Assembly (NCBI RefSeq): GCF_009914755.1
Contig: NC_060933.1
DNA: 64,000 nt
Origin: the human T2T-CHM13v2.0 reference genome, Homo sapiens
Reading direction: 5' to 3' (one strand)
Shown: piece by piece, positions 18,311 to 35,289 of the stretch
Layout: the number at the start of each line of letters is the position of its first letter
How positions within the stretch are numbered: the first letter of the stretch is position 1
Made by a program: the position numbers and the translations under genes
The notes under the pieces: generated by a model
Seen by the model: only the letters and a program-made list of their open reading frames with translations
Told to the model about the DNA's origin: nothing
Database searches by the model: none

Positions 18311-20648
18311 CTCTGAGGAAAACCAGAAGGTGACCTATGTGTTGCCAGCTCCCAACTAAATGCAACTCCTGATGGTTAGGTATCAATCATCTGAGACTAG
18401 AATAGGACGAATCATGAGTTTCCACTTTAAACCCAAAGTATCTCAGCCCCCTCCTTAATATGCATGCTCTTAAAATTAGCTTTAGGTGCCAAGAGCATTT
18501 CCTATAAGCATCCCACAGAAAGTTCAGACTACCACTACATACAGATCATGCATTTTGTAACTCAGGCCAAATGAAAAATTTCAGTGATTCATAAAGACCT
18601 GAAAGGGAGACATCAAGAACAGTGTGGCCATTTCAATTCCGGCTGCAGAATTTGCTCTTGAAAATGCTACAATAAAAAATATTAATGCCATAAAAACCTA
18701 ACAGCAACCAAAGGACTACAGTCATAAAGAAAAAAACATAAATCCTAAAACATGTTGGCATAGAAGGCTCTCCCTCACCTTCAAGTAAAACAGGATTTAG
18801 GTCATCAAGAACACATCTGAACAAGGGGAACTTGAATCACATGGCAGAGTGGAAAAAAATAACAGTAATTATAACAATAACAGTAAGAAAAGGAAGAAGC
18901 AGTCATGGCAAACACATAGAATGTACTCTGTGCTTTGCAAATATTCACTCATTCAATCCTCCTAACAACCCTATGAAGTAGGTACTGTTATCATGCCCAT
19001 TGTTAAAATGAGGGAAGTACAGAGAGGTTAAGTGACCGGCCACAGGGCACCCAGGAGAAGTGGACAAACAAGCAGCCTGGCTCCAGAAGCCAATGGGCCT
19101 TAGGCAGCACAGACTGCCTCTGAGAACAATTTTGTCACATCACATCCCTGGGCCTCAGTTTCTCCTATATATAATAAAGAGGGTTGTGTTCAATTCTAGG
19201 ATTCCTTTCAGTTCAATAAGCAGATAAAAGATGTGAAACCAAAATTCTAATATTCTGTGAAATTTTCCAATTTAGAAATAAAATGTAAAACAGTGCCCTT
19301 CAAAAATGAAATAACTATCTTGCAGAGCCGCTTTAATATTAAAGTAACATATACAAAGAGCTTAGCACTTAAAGTACCCAGCTCAGAGCAAGAGCTCAAT
19401 AAACAGTAGCTGTTATTACTCTTATGATAAAACAGGAACAACCATTTAATAGTAGAGCATATTTTAATTATACACGATGTAGAATAATCAAATCTCATTC
19501 GTTTGAGGCCCCAGACCCCACAGCATAGATCGAGTTGTACAGCTGAAATTATAACAACCCAAAGCTCAGAAATTACTTGTTTCCATTAGAGATCTGACAA
19601 GTCATTTCTTCAATTGGTCACTGGTGGTTTGCAGATAACTATTAGCAGTAATGAGCATTCTAAATTAAATCCAGAGACAGCACTGCTCTGTTCTGTAAAG
19701 ACAACTGGGGAGAAAGAAACATAATTGTGGAATGTCCTTCTCTCTGTGTCCTCCATCTTCTCTCTGTTAAGTATCTCTTGTGTCTTGCATAGTATGGATT
19801 TCATTTGCTTACAAATGAAGAAGGGTCTAATTCTTCCCATGATAAATGAGAGCACTGAACAGGTAACTTGTTAAAGAGAACTGGAATTGGGAAAATAACC
19901 TTATTTTCCTGTTACTTGACAACAAACCCCCTCTGCTAATAAATGAAAGACACAATGCTGGAAGACATCAAGCATTGAAGCCAAATCCATCACCAAGTAA
20001 TCCATTCTCAGAAAGAAACTACACAGTACTAGGTACAGGCTACTCACATTTCATTCAACAGCAAAGATAAAGTCTACAAAATGCAAGGGGAGGCACAATG
20101 CAGTGGAAAGAATAATGGCTTTGGAATTAATAAAAACCTGGATTCAAATCCCAACTCTGACACTTATGTATTATATGACCATAAACAACTCTCTCCTAGT
20201 CTTAAGATTCCTAACCTGCAAAATGGGAATGATACAAAATATCTCAAAGGTTGCAGTGAGCATCAAATAGGGGACCATAAATAACATGCCTTATAGTAAC
20301 AGTAAGGCCTTTGACAAATGTTAGCTCCCCTCAACTGTGCAACATGCGAACATCCTCACCTTTAGGACACCAGAAAGACACCAAACCTGAAAACCAAAGT
20401 TGAAAACCAAAAGTTTCACCCAAAGTTGAAAACTGCTGATCCCGTCAGAACCTATATTTGGCCCTTGTATAAAGGGCTGACTGCATTTGTACGTAAAAGT
20501 CTCACAGAAGATGTCCATGAGACATGGCACCCCCCTGCCTCTGGCATCACCGAACTTAGATCTCAAGAAACACAGCTTTCCTGGGTCTGGCTGGACAGTG
20601 GCAGCAGACACAATTTGTTGGGGGCAGTAATTTGGTATTTCCACTTAC

Positions 20649-20716
20649 ATTTTCAAAGTCCTTCATGTTCCGTGCTCTGGTGGGAGACACTGTTTCTTCT
20701 GACACATTTGGGAGCA
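20649..20716 (-). CDS. CDK5RAP2: CDK5RAP2 coding exon 3, (L)LPNVSEETVSPTRARNMKDFEN, 68 nt
   Basis: Acceptor ctttttacag|TGC, donor AAT|gtaagt; cumulative 195 nt (phase 0). Confidence 0.96.
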
Positions 20717-21087
20717 CTGTAAAAAGGTAAAATAGAGGAAAACGTCACAGCATGCAAACTGCCCAGTGTTCCTATTGGGGAATAGAGCACAGAGAGGAAA
20801 ACAACACGAACTGCTTCCACAGTACACGCGGCTGGTACTTGCTGTCTTTTGTGATTTACTGACTTTGCTCCAGGGAAAGCTCTAAACCATTAATTTACAA
20901 ATTACTTAAACTAACCCCAAAGTAACAATGTGCACATCAGAGGATGAACCCAGCAAACACATCAGGCATTTTGCAAAGCAGACTGTCCTGATATGTACTT
21001 CCTTATTTCATGAAATTACCTTACTGAACAGAGTGTCATCTTCTCACGTCAGTAATTACAACAAAGCACATCTAACTGACTTGACAG

Positions 21088-21290
21088 CAGGGGTTGGCAA
21101 ACTTTTTCTTAAAACGCCAGACAATATTTTAGGCTTTGTGGGCCATACACAAAGCCTAAAATCTGTCACAACTACTCAAATCCTCTGTGGTCACACAAAA
21201 ACAGCCACAAACAATCCATAAACAAAGTGGTTGTGTTCCAATAAAAGTTTATTTTCAAAAGCAAGCAGTGGACCGGAAACTGCTGACCTG
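21088..21290 (+). mobile_element. MER58A-like hAT-Charlie MITE
   Basis: cagggGTTGGCAAACT start; ggctttgtgggccata and tgttccaataaaa internal motifs. Confidence 0.75.
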
Positions 21291-21534
21291 TTTTAAAGAC
21301 TATGGCAATACCCAAATCTCTCCGCAGCATCTTTAACTGAACAAACATGTATTACACACCTACTCGGTGCCAAGCCCCATCCTGCATGCTGAGGAAACAA
21401 TGGTGAAGGAGACACTAATCCTGCATCCAAGAGGTTCCCTATCGAGTGAGCAGGATGGAGATCTAAACTAACTGTTATCAGGCTGAATAAAGCCCGTGGC
21501 ACTTTGTAGGTGTTCAGTAAATGTGTGCTGAGTG

Positions 21535-22260
21535 AATAAGTTCATTCTTTCAAAATATATGCACTGAGAATCCACTTTCTGCTAGGCCCCTTTCTAGATG
21601 TGGAAACATCAGGAAACAAACAAATGCAGCCGATAGTCTAGAGGGAGGAAACACAATAAACAAAACAAAAGGACAACTGCATAATATGTTAAAAGGTGAT
21701 AAATGCTATGGAGAAAAATAAAGTAGATAAGGATAGGAAATAGGAGGCATGGGGTGAGGACTGCCATTTTAGGTAAGGTGGTTAAGGAAGGTCTCAATGA
21801 GAAGGTGACATCTGGGCAGACTTGAAGGAAAGGACCAGTTACCTGGGGGAGAATTCTCCACATTCAGGGAGAAGCCTGAGGTGGAAGCACGGTCCCCTGT
21901 GGGTCTGGGGAACAGTCAAGAGGCCAATAGGCTGGAGCTCAATAAACAAAGGGGGATAGCAGGACTGGAGGTGAGAGAGGTAAACAGGGACAGACTGTAT
22001 ACGGTTTTTAGGCTCTTCTAAGGACTCTGAGGAGCTGCTGGAAGGTTTGCAGCTAAGGAGTAAGATGATTCGACTTAGGTTTCTACAGGCTCCCTCTGGC
22101 TGCCTTTCTGAGAACAGACTGTAAGGGGCTTAGGAGAGAAACAGGGAAACCAGTTAGGAGAATATTGGGATAATCTAGGCCGCAGATCATGGTGGGTTGG
22201 AGTAGGATGGAAGGAGTATAGGTGGGTGAGAACTAGTCTGATTCCGATACTTTAAAAGTA
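21535..22260 (-). mobile_element. L2 fragment
   Basis: ggaaggtctcaatgagaaggtgacat..ctctggctgc L2 antisense motifs. Confidence 0.6.
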
Positions 22261-22868
22261 GCCAACAGGAATAAATGAAATGAGATGAGATGAAGTGAAA
22301 TACACAATGTTGAGAGAGGAAAGTACACCTTAGTCAGCCTGGGGAGAGCCAAAAAGGGTGGTGAGCTTTGAGCTGAGTCTTAAAGAGGGAGCAAGGAGGC
22401 ACCGGGCAGATGAGAAACAAAAGGAAGGAGAGACAGCCCAGGCAAAAGCACAGAGGTGGGAGTGGGCATGGTGTTCGGAAACCACTTAGCAGAAAAGAGG
22501 CTAAGGAGTGGGCAGGGCAGACTGTGAAGGGCACGCTAGTTTGTTTTCCTGTTCCTCAAACGGGCCATGCCCTCACCTGTGTCTGGGATGCTCATCCCCT
22601 CCTTTTTCCTTACCTACATCTGACTTATTCAGGTCTCCGCTCCAATATCAATTTCTTGGGAAACTCTAGCCTGACCCACCTCCACACCAGAGGAAATCTC
22701 CCTTTAATCCCCTCTCACAGCACTTGATACATCTTTGCTCCTGACACTGACCATACAAATTCTCATAAGGGTTTGTCTGTCTTCTCAGCTTAACAGTAAC
22801 CACATTTGAGGTTGAATTTTAGCACTGAGCCCAGAGTCTGGCATGAAGCAAATGTATACTATCGGCTA

Positions 22869-23515
<647 letters not shown>

Positions 23516-24300
23516 TTAATAGGTTCCTCAGGAAAACATGAAGGTGCCCTGTAAGTTAAGGGATTTTCCAGAAATAAACCGTGGGACTCTTTTCCTGTCT
23601 GCTCCAAAATCTCCCTCCTCTTGCACATATCTCAGCACTGTGGAGAAGAGAAAAAAAAGAACAAGTCAAAATATCTTAGAGGTATTTTGCAAAAACTAGC
23701 ACTACCCACAGAGACGCTTAAGCATTCACTTTTTTCAGAAATAAAAATTATGAAGAATGCTTAGCTAGACCCAAACTGCAAAGTCTCCTCATAATCCAGC
23801 TTAAACACAGTACGCTACTTATTTACTCAGAGCCGTCTCCTGTGGTCTAACCAGCTATTTGTCTCCAAAGGGCAGGCCCGTGTAGGAATGCGGGGCCTCA
23901 GCCGGCAAACAGGATCCAGCAGCCTGCCAGGAAGGCCTTGGCACGCTACAGTCCAGATGGCAGCTCTCCTGGGCCTCCAGCCACTGGCCTAGCTGCCAAT
24001 TCAATGTCCAGCCTCCGTGCAGTTGTTCAGTTCAGCAAACGCTCACTGAATCCCTATAGCTTTAGTAGCAACAAATGAAACTCATGAAGTATGGCCAAAA
24101 GGACAACAATTCCTCTAGTCCAGTGTTTATGAAAGGAGGTGGAAAGCAAATCAATACATACAAAAAATACTGAGCACCTACGGTGTGCCAGTTCAGGGAA
24201 GCCTCTGGGCCCCAGAGATATGAAAGCTCAAGATGCTCACAGTCCAATGTCTACTTTCCTTGTTCTTTACTCAAGAGAATGCCTGGTTTTGTGTACTTAC

Positions 24301-24368
24301 GACCATTTCCCAACCCAGCATTGGGGTTGATGCCATCCAGGTCATCTGGTACACTGGGAACAAGGCCA
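24301..24368 (-). CDS. CDK5RAP2: CDK5RAP2 coding exon 2, (S)GLVPSVPDDLDGINPNAGLGNG(L), 68 nt
   Basis: Acceptor ttctctcctag|TGG, donor GTC|gtaagt; frame continues from exon 1. Confidence 0.96.
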
Positions 24369-25577
24369 CTAGGAGAGAACACATGAGATAAGAGATGAGC
24401 TAATGTTTGAACAACAGAGACTGTTAAGACGGTCTGGACTGCACATGACAATCATCCCATGGCCAGGAGGGATGCACACAGCTGGGCTACCTATGTGGCA
24501 TGAAGCACAGAGGTTAAGAACTCAGGCTTTGGGGCTGAGTTCCAGCTCCAACACTTGATAGCTGAGTGACCTTCAGTAACATCATTCATTCAGTCATACA
24601 TCAAATGTTCTGTGTGCCAAATATGTGCTAGTGGCAGAGGCACTGTGACAAGTACAAGATACTTATGTTTCTGAGTCTCACCCTCTTAATCTGGTACATG
24701 AGGATACCATGCCCTCCCTGTAAAAATTAAATTCGTTCATGTATATAAACACAAAGCACATAGTAAGTATTCAGTAAACGGCAACTATTGTTGTTGTTAC
24801 TATTATCATTATGACTACTAATATGCCTATCACCACCTCTGGGAATCAGACACCAATTTAGATGTTTTAAGAATGTCAAACAATGCAAAATTCACTGATC
24901 CAAGAAGTTGTCTTGGTTGAATTACATAAATAAATTCAGTGAGGATCTGGAGACACTGACAGAAAACTAACCCATAATAGGAGGTGTGGTGTGACACAAA
25001 AGACACTACCCTGATCTATTCTAAGCTCTGCCATGTATCTCTCTGAGCCTCACTTTCTTTAGCTGTAAAATGAGTACAGCAGCTACCTCACAGAGTAACT
25101 GGCAATTAAACAAGATATTGCAAGGTACCTTGTGGGTACTCCACAAATGGGAGCAAAATATCATGTCGCCTTGAAACCTACAGTGCTTTACAATTTATAA
25201 AAGATTTACCATCATTAGAATTGCCTAATTCCCTGAGGGTGCACACATTTTTCAAAGGAAGGCCCCAAGGCCCAGACAATTTTACTGTCCTAGCCAGGGT
25301 CACATGGCGGTTCTGTGGAGAGCCAGGTCCAGAAGCCAGGTCTTTTATGTCCAACTCCCACGAATACTTCCCTATCCCACACTGTAAAGTAGGAGTTGAT
25401 GGAAACAGCTTGACTTCTTGGCAATTTGCTCTTTCCATGCCTCTAAATCCAAATTCATTGTGCTCCTAGGATAATTTTGCCTGACCACCAAACTTTGGAG
25501 TTGGAATGTACCTTCAAGATCAAAAACAGGCAAAAAATTGGAAATATCATAAAATTCCAACATTAAGAAAATGATCA

Positions 25578-25952
<375 letters not shown>

Positions 25953-27333
25953 TTATGAAAACAAATATATACAGTACATAAATACTGAAGTCACCTCAAG
26001 TCCATTTTGGAAATAGGTGGGCTACAGATATATAACAAGACAAAGGAAATATACTGAAATATTAAAAATCATCATTAGTAGGGAAATGAGAGGTTTTCTT
26101 CCTTTTTAATGTTATATAATTCTCAATTTCCTCCAATAAACATCACTAAAAGGACAAAGTCAATTTTCTAAACTGAATTTTAAAAACTAAAATCAAGTTC
26201 AACCATCACCTTTTGCAGATGGTGGTCCAGAAGCCCAAGGTCACATACACCAGGTTATTGGCCAAGCTCAGCCTAAGGTCTGGTCCTGCATTCTCAATCT
26301 GGGGTTCTCTCCGGGTACCAGAGCCATTACATTAACTCCCACTGGCTAAAACTGCCCATGAATAACTCAAGCCAAGATCAATCACAGCTGAAAAGTACCT
26401 AGCAAACAAAGCCAAAGATTCTGGTCTTAGACAAGCTTCCTACAGGCAAACACTGAAGTTTGAAAAATGACATCTGACATCCCAACTCTTAGACAAAACC
26501 ACTATGTAATGCAGAAATTTTTGCTTGGATCCTGCCAAATTTCCACTCGGGCTTTACCTACCCACTTTTAAAATGCTATGAATCTGTCATCTGCACCCTC
26601 CAGTCAGTTCCAACTACACCTCCAGCCACAAGCAGCTCCCTCTTTCCATTCTAATCATTCACTTGTAGCCTTATAATTAAGGCTGGGGCCTCAGGGATAC
26701 TCACGAGAAATGACAATGTAAGCAAAACAAAAGGGCTCAGATATGATCTTATTCCACAGATGAGAAGACTGAAACCCAGAAATGGGTTAGGAACTTATTT
26801 ACTCAAAATCACAAAAGTTAGTGGCAAAGCCAAGCCCAAAATCCAGGATCCCAGTGTCTTTTCCACTTGCTAGCCTGTGTGTGGACTGCCCAAAGCTCCT
26901 ATATAAATGTGACACATGGTGGAGTACCAGTTTCCTCACGTGCAAAATAAAGCACAATCTAAGAAACCTGCCCTTGTATGGGGCACCCATGCTGCACAAG
27001 CACCACACTCAGCACAGGACAGGCAGCCTTCCCTTTCATCCTCACCACAGGATTAAAGTCCATTTTCTAAACTGAATGTTTGAAACTAAAATCAGGTTTA
27101 ATCCTCACTATAGTCTTTCTGCGGCTGGTGGTACTTTTTAATGTTGCCTTTTTTTTTTTTTTTTTAATGAGGAAACAAAGACCAAAAAGTTAATAGGCTG
27201 GAAACTCCAAGCCAGCCTGACTTTAAACCCCCTGCTGTGAACCTACACCACCCTGGTACCCCTGACGCCTTCCCGGAGGTTGGGGGTGGCAGGGGTGTGG
27301 TGGTGGTTAAGGGCCGAATGGACTGAGGCATAA

Positions 27334-27677
<344 letters not shown>

Positions 27678-28639
27678 TGTAGCAACTGTTTGTGGATAAT
27701 TTTTGAGTGACTGAATGGACCTTCACCTGAGCTCCACCACCTCATCCTCCTATCTTGCTCTATTGCTACCGAAAAGGACTGACCTCTTTCTATGCCTACA
27801 TATGCCAGCAACAATTGTCCACTCAAACCATAAGACCCAAGGGGTCTTATGTCTCCTTGACAAATTGTTTCATGAGAGTCATGGATGAGACCAGATATCA
27901 CATTCTGACAACGATTACACAAACAAACTCACTTTTGTCTTTTAACAACCCCTTTTTCATTCTATTTTATTCTTAATTAGAGAAAAATACATAAATTTAA
28001 AAAAATACAGATAAGCCTAAAGTTCTCCTTGGCTCCTCCTCGCTCCCATCTAGAACCCGCCTAGGAGGTAATCACTGTTTTCAAAAAGACCTATAACTTC
28101 CAGAACTTTTTATGTGTTTTTACATAGATAGTTTCAATTTTGCTGCTTAAAAACACATGCAATCAAACAGTATACATCATGCTACAACATCCTTCTTCTA
28201 CTTAATATGCCCTCATGATGTTTTCATGACAGTACAAATAGATATGCCTCAAAGTTTTCAACTCCTACAAAGCTTTCTACAGCAGTGTTCTTCAAACCTT
28301 ACTGACCATGAGCCACAGAAGAAATATTATTACCCTTCATCCTTGAAATGTTTTCTATTCTGTTCTATTTTTCTAAATCCTGGTTGCAACCTACTAAATT
28401 GAATTTCATGAGCTACCAACGGGCCACAGTCTGAAAGATACTTTTGAAAGGATGTGTATTTACCCAATCCCCTACTGATGATAATTCAATTTGTTTCCAA
28501 GTTTTTCTTTTACATGCAATGTCATATGAATGTCCTTATAAGGTCCCATATGCACAAGTATGAGGATTTCTCTAGAATAGATGACAAGAAGTGGAATTGC
28601 TGGGTCAAAATATATTCACGTTTTTTAAATGGACGATGG

Positions 28640-29900
<1,261 letters not shown>

Positions 29901-30313
29901 TATGCAGTATCTACGTCCTGCAAAGGCAGGGAGATGAGGGAAAGGAGAATATTTGCTGATCTGTTGAGTAGTTACTCTGGGTCAGACACTGAGCTAAACT
30001 TTTTAAGATTCATTTTAATCCTTATGCCAACCCTAGGCTTTATACCAACCCCTTTTACAGATGATAAACACTGAGGCTCACAGATGATGAGTGACTTGCC
30101 CCAGATCAAGGGGTTGTTAAGTAGCAGAACTGGGATTAAAACCCAGCTAGGCCTGGGACCCCAAAACCCAAGTGTCTGGCCAAAAAGCACTGAAATAAGA
30201 ATGGCTATCTGAGAGAATAATAATGGAAGTTATGATAACAGCAATAAGCAGCATTAAAAGTATAAAGCAGCAGACTGTGAAGAGCAGATTTATATTTAAA
30301 AAATAGTTCTCAC

Positions 30314-30638
<325 letters not shown>

Positions 30639-30793
30639 CTATTAGAGGTGCAAAGGACAATACAGGAGAGAAGCCATACTCCCAATATATTGGGGCAGTG
30701 GATGTAAAATAGATAGAAAAGGGCATGATGAAATATCACAGGACCCAATTAGACAGGAACTGCAAAGCATCTTAGTCTGTGCCTCATACATGA

Positions 30794-31191
<398 letters not shown>

Positions 31192-32245
31192 TCTTTTCAC
31201 TCTTAAGTGTCCCAGTTAGCACAATAAATAACATGGGCACCCTTTCAATTAGGATCTGTTGACTAAAAGCAGCAGCTTGTCCATAGTAGAGCTGGATAAA
31301 CAGTGCAGGTTCTCCGTCAGGGCTCTCCTCCTCTTCCCTCTACTCACTCTCCAACCAGGAGTCTAGGACAACCACAGGGGCCAGCCGTGGAGCAGAGTTG
31401 CGCTCTGTTAGGCCTTCCTACCAGACCCCAGCTCCACCAGCAATGGGGACTCCCACAGTCTCTTGGGGCAGGTCCATGGGAGGCCACTCTTGGCCATTAT
31501 TCCCTGATTCATATCACCTTTGATGACAGTAGTAATAATGACACTAATGGCAACACAAGATCATTTTTTAAGCACTGATTATGTGGCAGGCACTACACCT
31601 GCCAAGCAAATGGCTCGACAGGCATCACCTCTTTTAATCCTCACCCCAACTCTGTTGGGTGGATATTACTAGCCCATTTTACAGATGGGAAAGCCGGTGA
31701 AATCACTTTACCAAGGTCACACAGCTAGTCAGTTTACAGGGCTGGATTTGAATCCAGTTTTGTCCAACTCTAGCCAAGGTTCTTAATCATTGCACTCCAT
31801 TGCCTCCTGGGTGGCCACTATGTGACCCAAAAAGCAAAGTCTGGGCATACCGGCTACACTCTCTCCATAATGAAAACAAACTCTCAAACCAGAAGGAACC
31901 ATCAGGTGCCCTCAAGGTCCCTGTTCTCCACCAATCCCCACTAACGGGATACTCCAAGTGGCCCCACCCTCGTCCTACTCTTTCAGAAAACTCCTTACCT
32001 GTTCTTCACACGCTCTACAAAGTACATGGCGCAATGCTACTGGCAATTGTGGTGCAGGTCGCGGCTCCCAGCCCTCCAGAGTGTCAGGTGGTGGGCCCCC
32101 CAGAGACCCTCTCCGAAGGAACCCACCCCACACACTGCCCCTGGCCAGACACCCTCAAGAGCAAACCCCAAGGCCGCGTTAGAACGAAATCCCACCAGCT
32201 GGAACCCCGGCCCGGTTACCACGACCACCAATGCCCCGGCCGCAC

Positions 32246-32304
32246 CTGCAGCCGCTGAGCGTCCCAGGGACGGTGACGTCCTCTTCCAACACCAAGTCCA
32301 TCAT
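32246..32304 (-). CDS. CDK5RAP2: CDK5RAP2 (CEP215/MCPH3) coding exon 1, MMDLVLEEDVTVPGTLSGC(S), 59 nt
   Basis: Translation matches the recalled CDK5RAP2 N-terminus; ATGATG at 32304; donor TGCAG|GTGCGG; inside a CpG island. Confidence 0.97.
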
Positions 32305-32444
32305 GGATACAGAGGTGGCGACGGCGTTGGTGTCTGTGGCGGCGGCGCCACTAGTACCCCCCGCGATAGCGACCCGCCGGGCTCCCCAGGTCCCCGCCCC
32401 CTCCACCCCAGCTCTTGTTCAGACTCTGGCGGCGCCGCTGGAAT

Positions 32445-32465
32445 TCAAACCACAGACGCCGCCAT
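32445..32465 (-). other. Upstream ORF MAASVV* in the CDK5RAP2 leader
   Basis: AAAG ATG GCG GCG TCT GTG GTT TGA; -3A/+4G context; requires a TSS upstream of 32465. Confidence 0.6.
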
Positions 32466-33164
32466 CTTTCCCGGCGCTTCTTCCTACGGAAACGAGGCGG
32501 GGTCACGGAGGCGCACGCAGTGAAGCCGACCGGCTGGCGCCAGAGGACGGGCAGGGAAGCGGGGATAGGTGCCATCTTAACTAAGGGCAAAGCATCCGTG
32601 CTTAAGCCAAGCAAAAATAAGAGACAAAAAAAGGCCGGCTGCCATTTTTTGTGAGGACACTTAGGGAGAGGCGAGGGCGGGTGCCATCTTTGTTGAGGGC
32701 CAAAGCGGGCCCTAGTCCGTTAATTTACGCGGGAGATGGAAATGAATACAGCCACTCAGGAATCCTCAAAGTTCCTAACCTCGTGTTTGCTTTTCTAGAA
32801 TAATGACCCCAAAACTTTGGGATTTGACCTTAAGTTGAAACTCAGATAACTGAGTGCTGCCTTGCTTTGGAAAAATACTACGTGCGGAATCTCAAGGCAA
32901 ACAGTAATTTGCAGACTTAGTTTGAAGCAAATAACTCATTCCCATGAGCCAGTGGTCAACAGCACTCCCACTCCAGTCTCTCACCTATTGGTCTTTTATT
33001 ACCATTAGGACTCAAAGGCACCTGTGGTCAGAAAACTGAGGGCCAGCAAGAGGAAAGGACTCTCCCAAAGTAATTAAGTATTGACAATGTCTTTCAACTG
33101 GAGTGGGGGTCTGCAGCTCCTGCCAACTAGATGAGGGCTCTCTGCATAACCCTGGCTGCCTTTC

Positions 33165-33810
<646 letters not shown>

Positions 33811-33940
33811 TAAGTAATTAACCAATTATTGATACTTTTCAAAAGAAGCCTTCCCTAGTCATTTAATCTAAATCAAGCCACTTCTTGTATTCCTAGCAAT
33901 GCAAATTATTCCTTTGTGGCACTTACCATATTTTGCAATT

Positions 33941-33966
<26 letters not shown>
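33941..33966. repeat. (TG)n microsatellite
   Basis: About 13 perfect TG units. Confidence 0.9.
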
Positions 33967-33972
<6 letters not shown>

Positions 33973-34484
33973 CATTTTTTAAATGTCTTTCCTTGCACTA
34001 GACTGGAAGCTGCATGGGAAAGGGACTATATTCTGAATTGTTCACTGCTATATCCTCAACACCTAGCACTATGTCTGCCACTCAGCAGCTATTTGAAAAT
34101 GTATGTTAAATGAATGAGTGATTCAATCAATCAGTCTGGAAATAAGGCCAATACCTATCCTGCAAGGTTTTTGTGAGAATAATCAGAGATACTTTTAGGA
34201 CCTCTGTCAATAGTAATTCTGTGTATCCCAGATTCATATTCATTCTCTCTCTTTTTCTCTCTCTCTCTGTCTCTCTCTCAGCTTTAGTTAGGCTTCCAAA
34301 GCCCGCGATTATTTGCCTGTCCCCCTTCTTTCTCTAGATCTTCAACCACACCCACAATTAGCAATGATAAAAGCATGAAAAAGAGGGAAAGCTTAGCACA
34401 CCTGGTGCACTGCCTCAGGAACGGGGCAGTCCTTGAAGCCCAGGAACCAATACTCCTTGCCAGTAAGTTCAACCCATGAGATAG

Positions 34485-35289
<805 letters not shown>

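Larger units (their letters stand above)
32050..32760 (-). promoter_or_regulatory. CDK5RAP2: CpG-island promoter and 5'UTR of CDK5RAP2 (TSS probably near 32.49 kb)
   Basis: Only CpG-dense non-repeat region in the window; GC box GGGGCGGGG (32392-32400); four GCCATNTT YY1 cores; TTTGAA at 32444-32449; no clear TATA. Confidence 0.9.

Noticed and set aside
23945-23965. CTCF-like ccagatggcagc
   Set aside because: 5' half of the motif does not match
31800-32654. Several overlapping plus-strand ORFs (up to 165 aa)
   Set aside because: Expected stop-codon scarcity in a CpG island; low-complexity products with no recognisable homology
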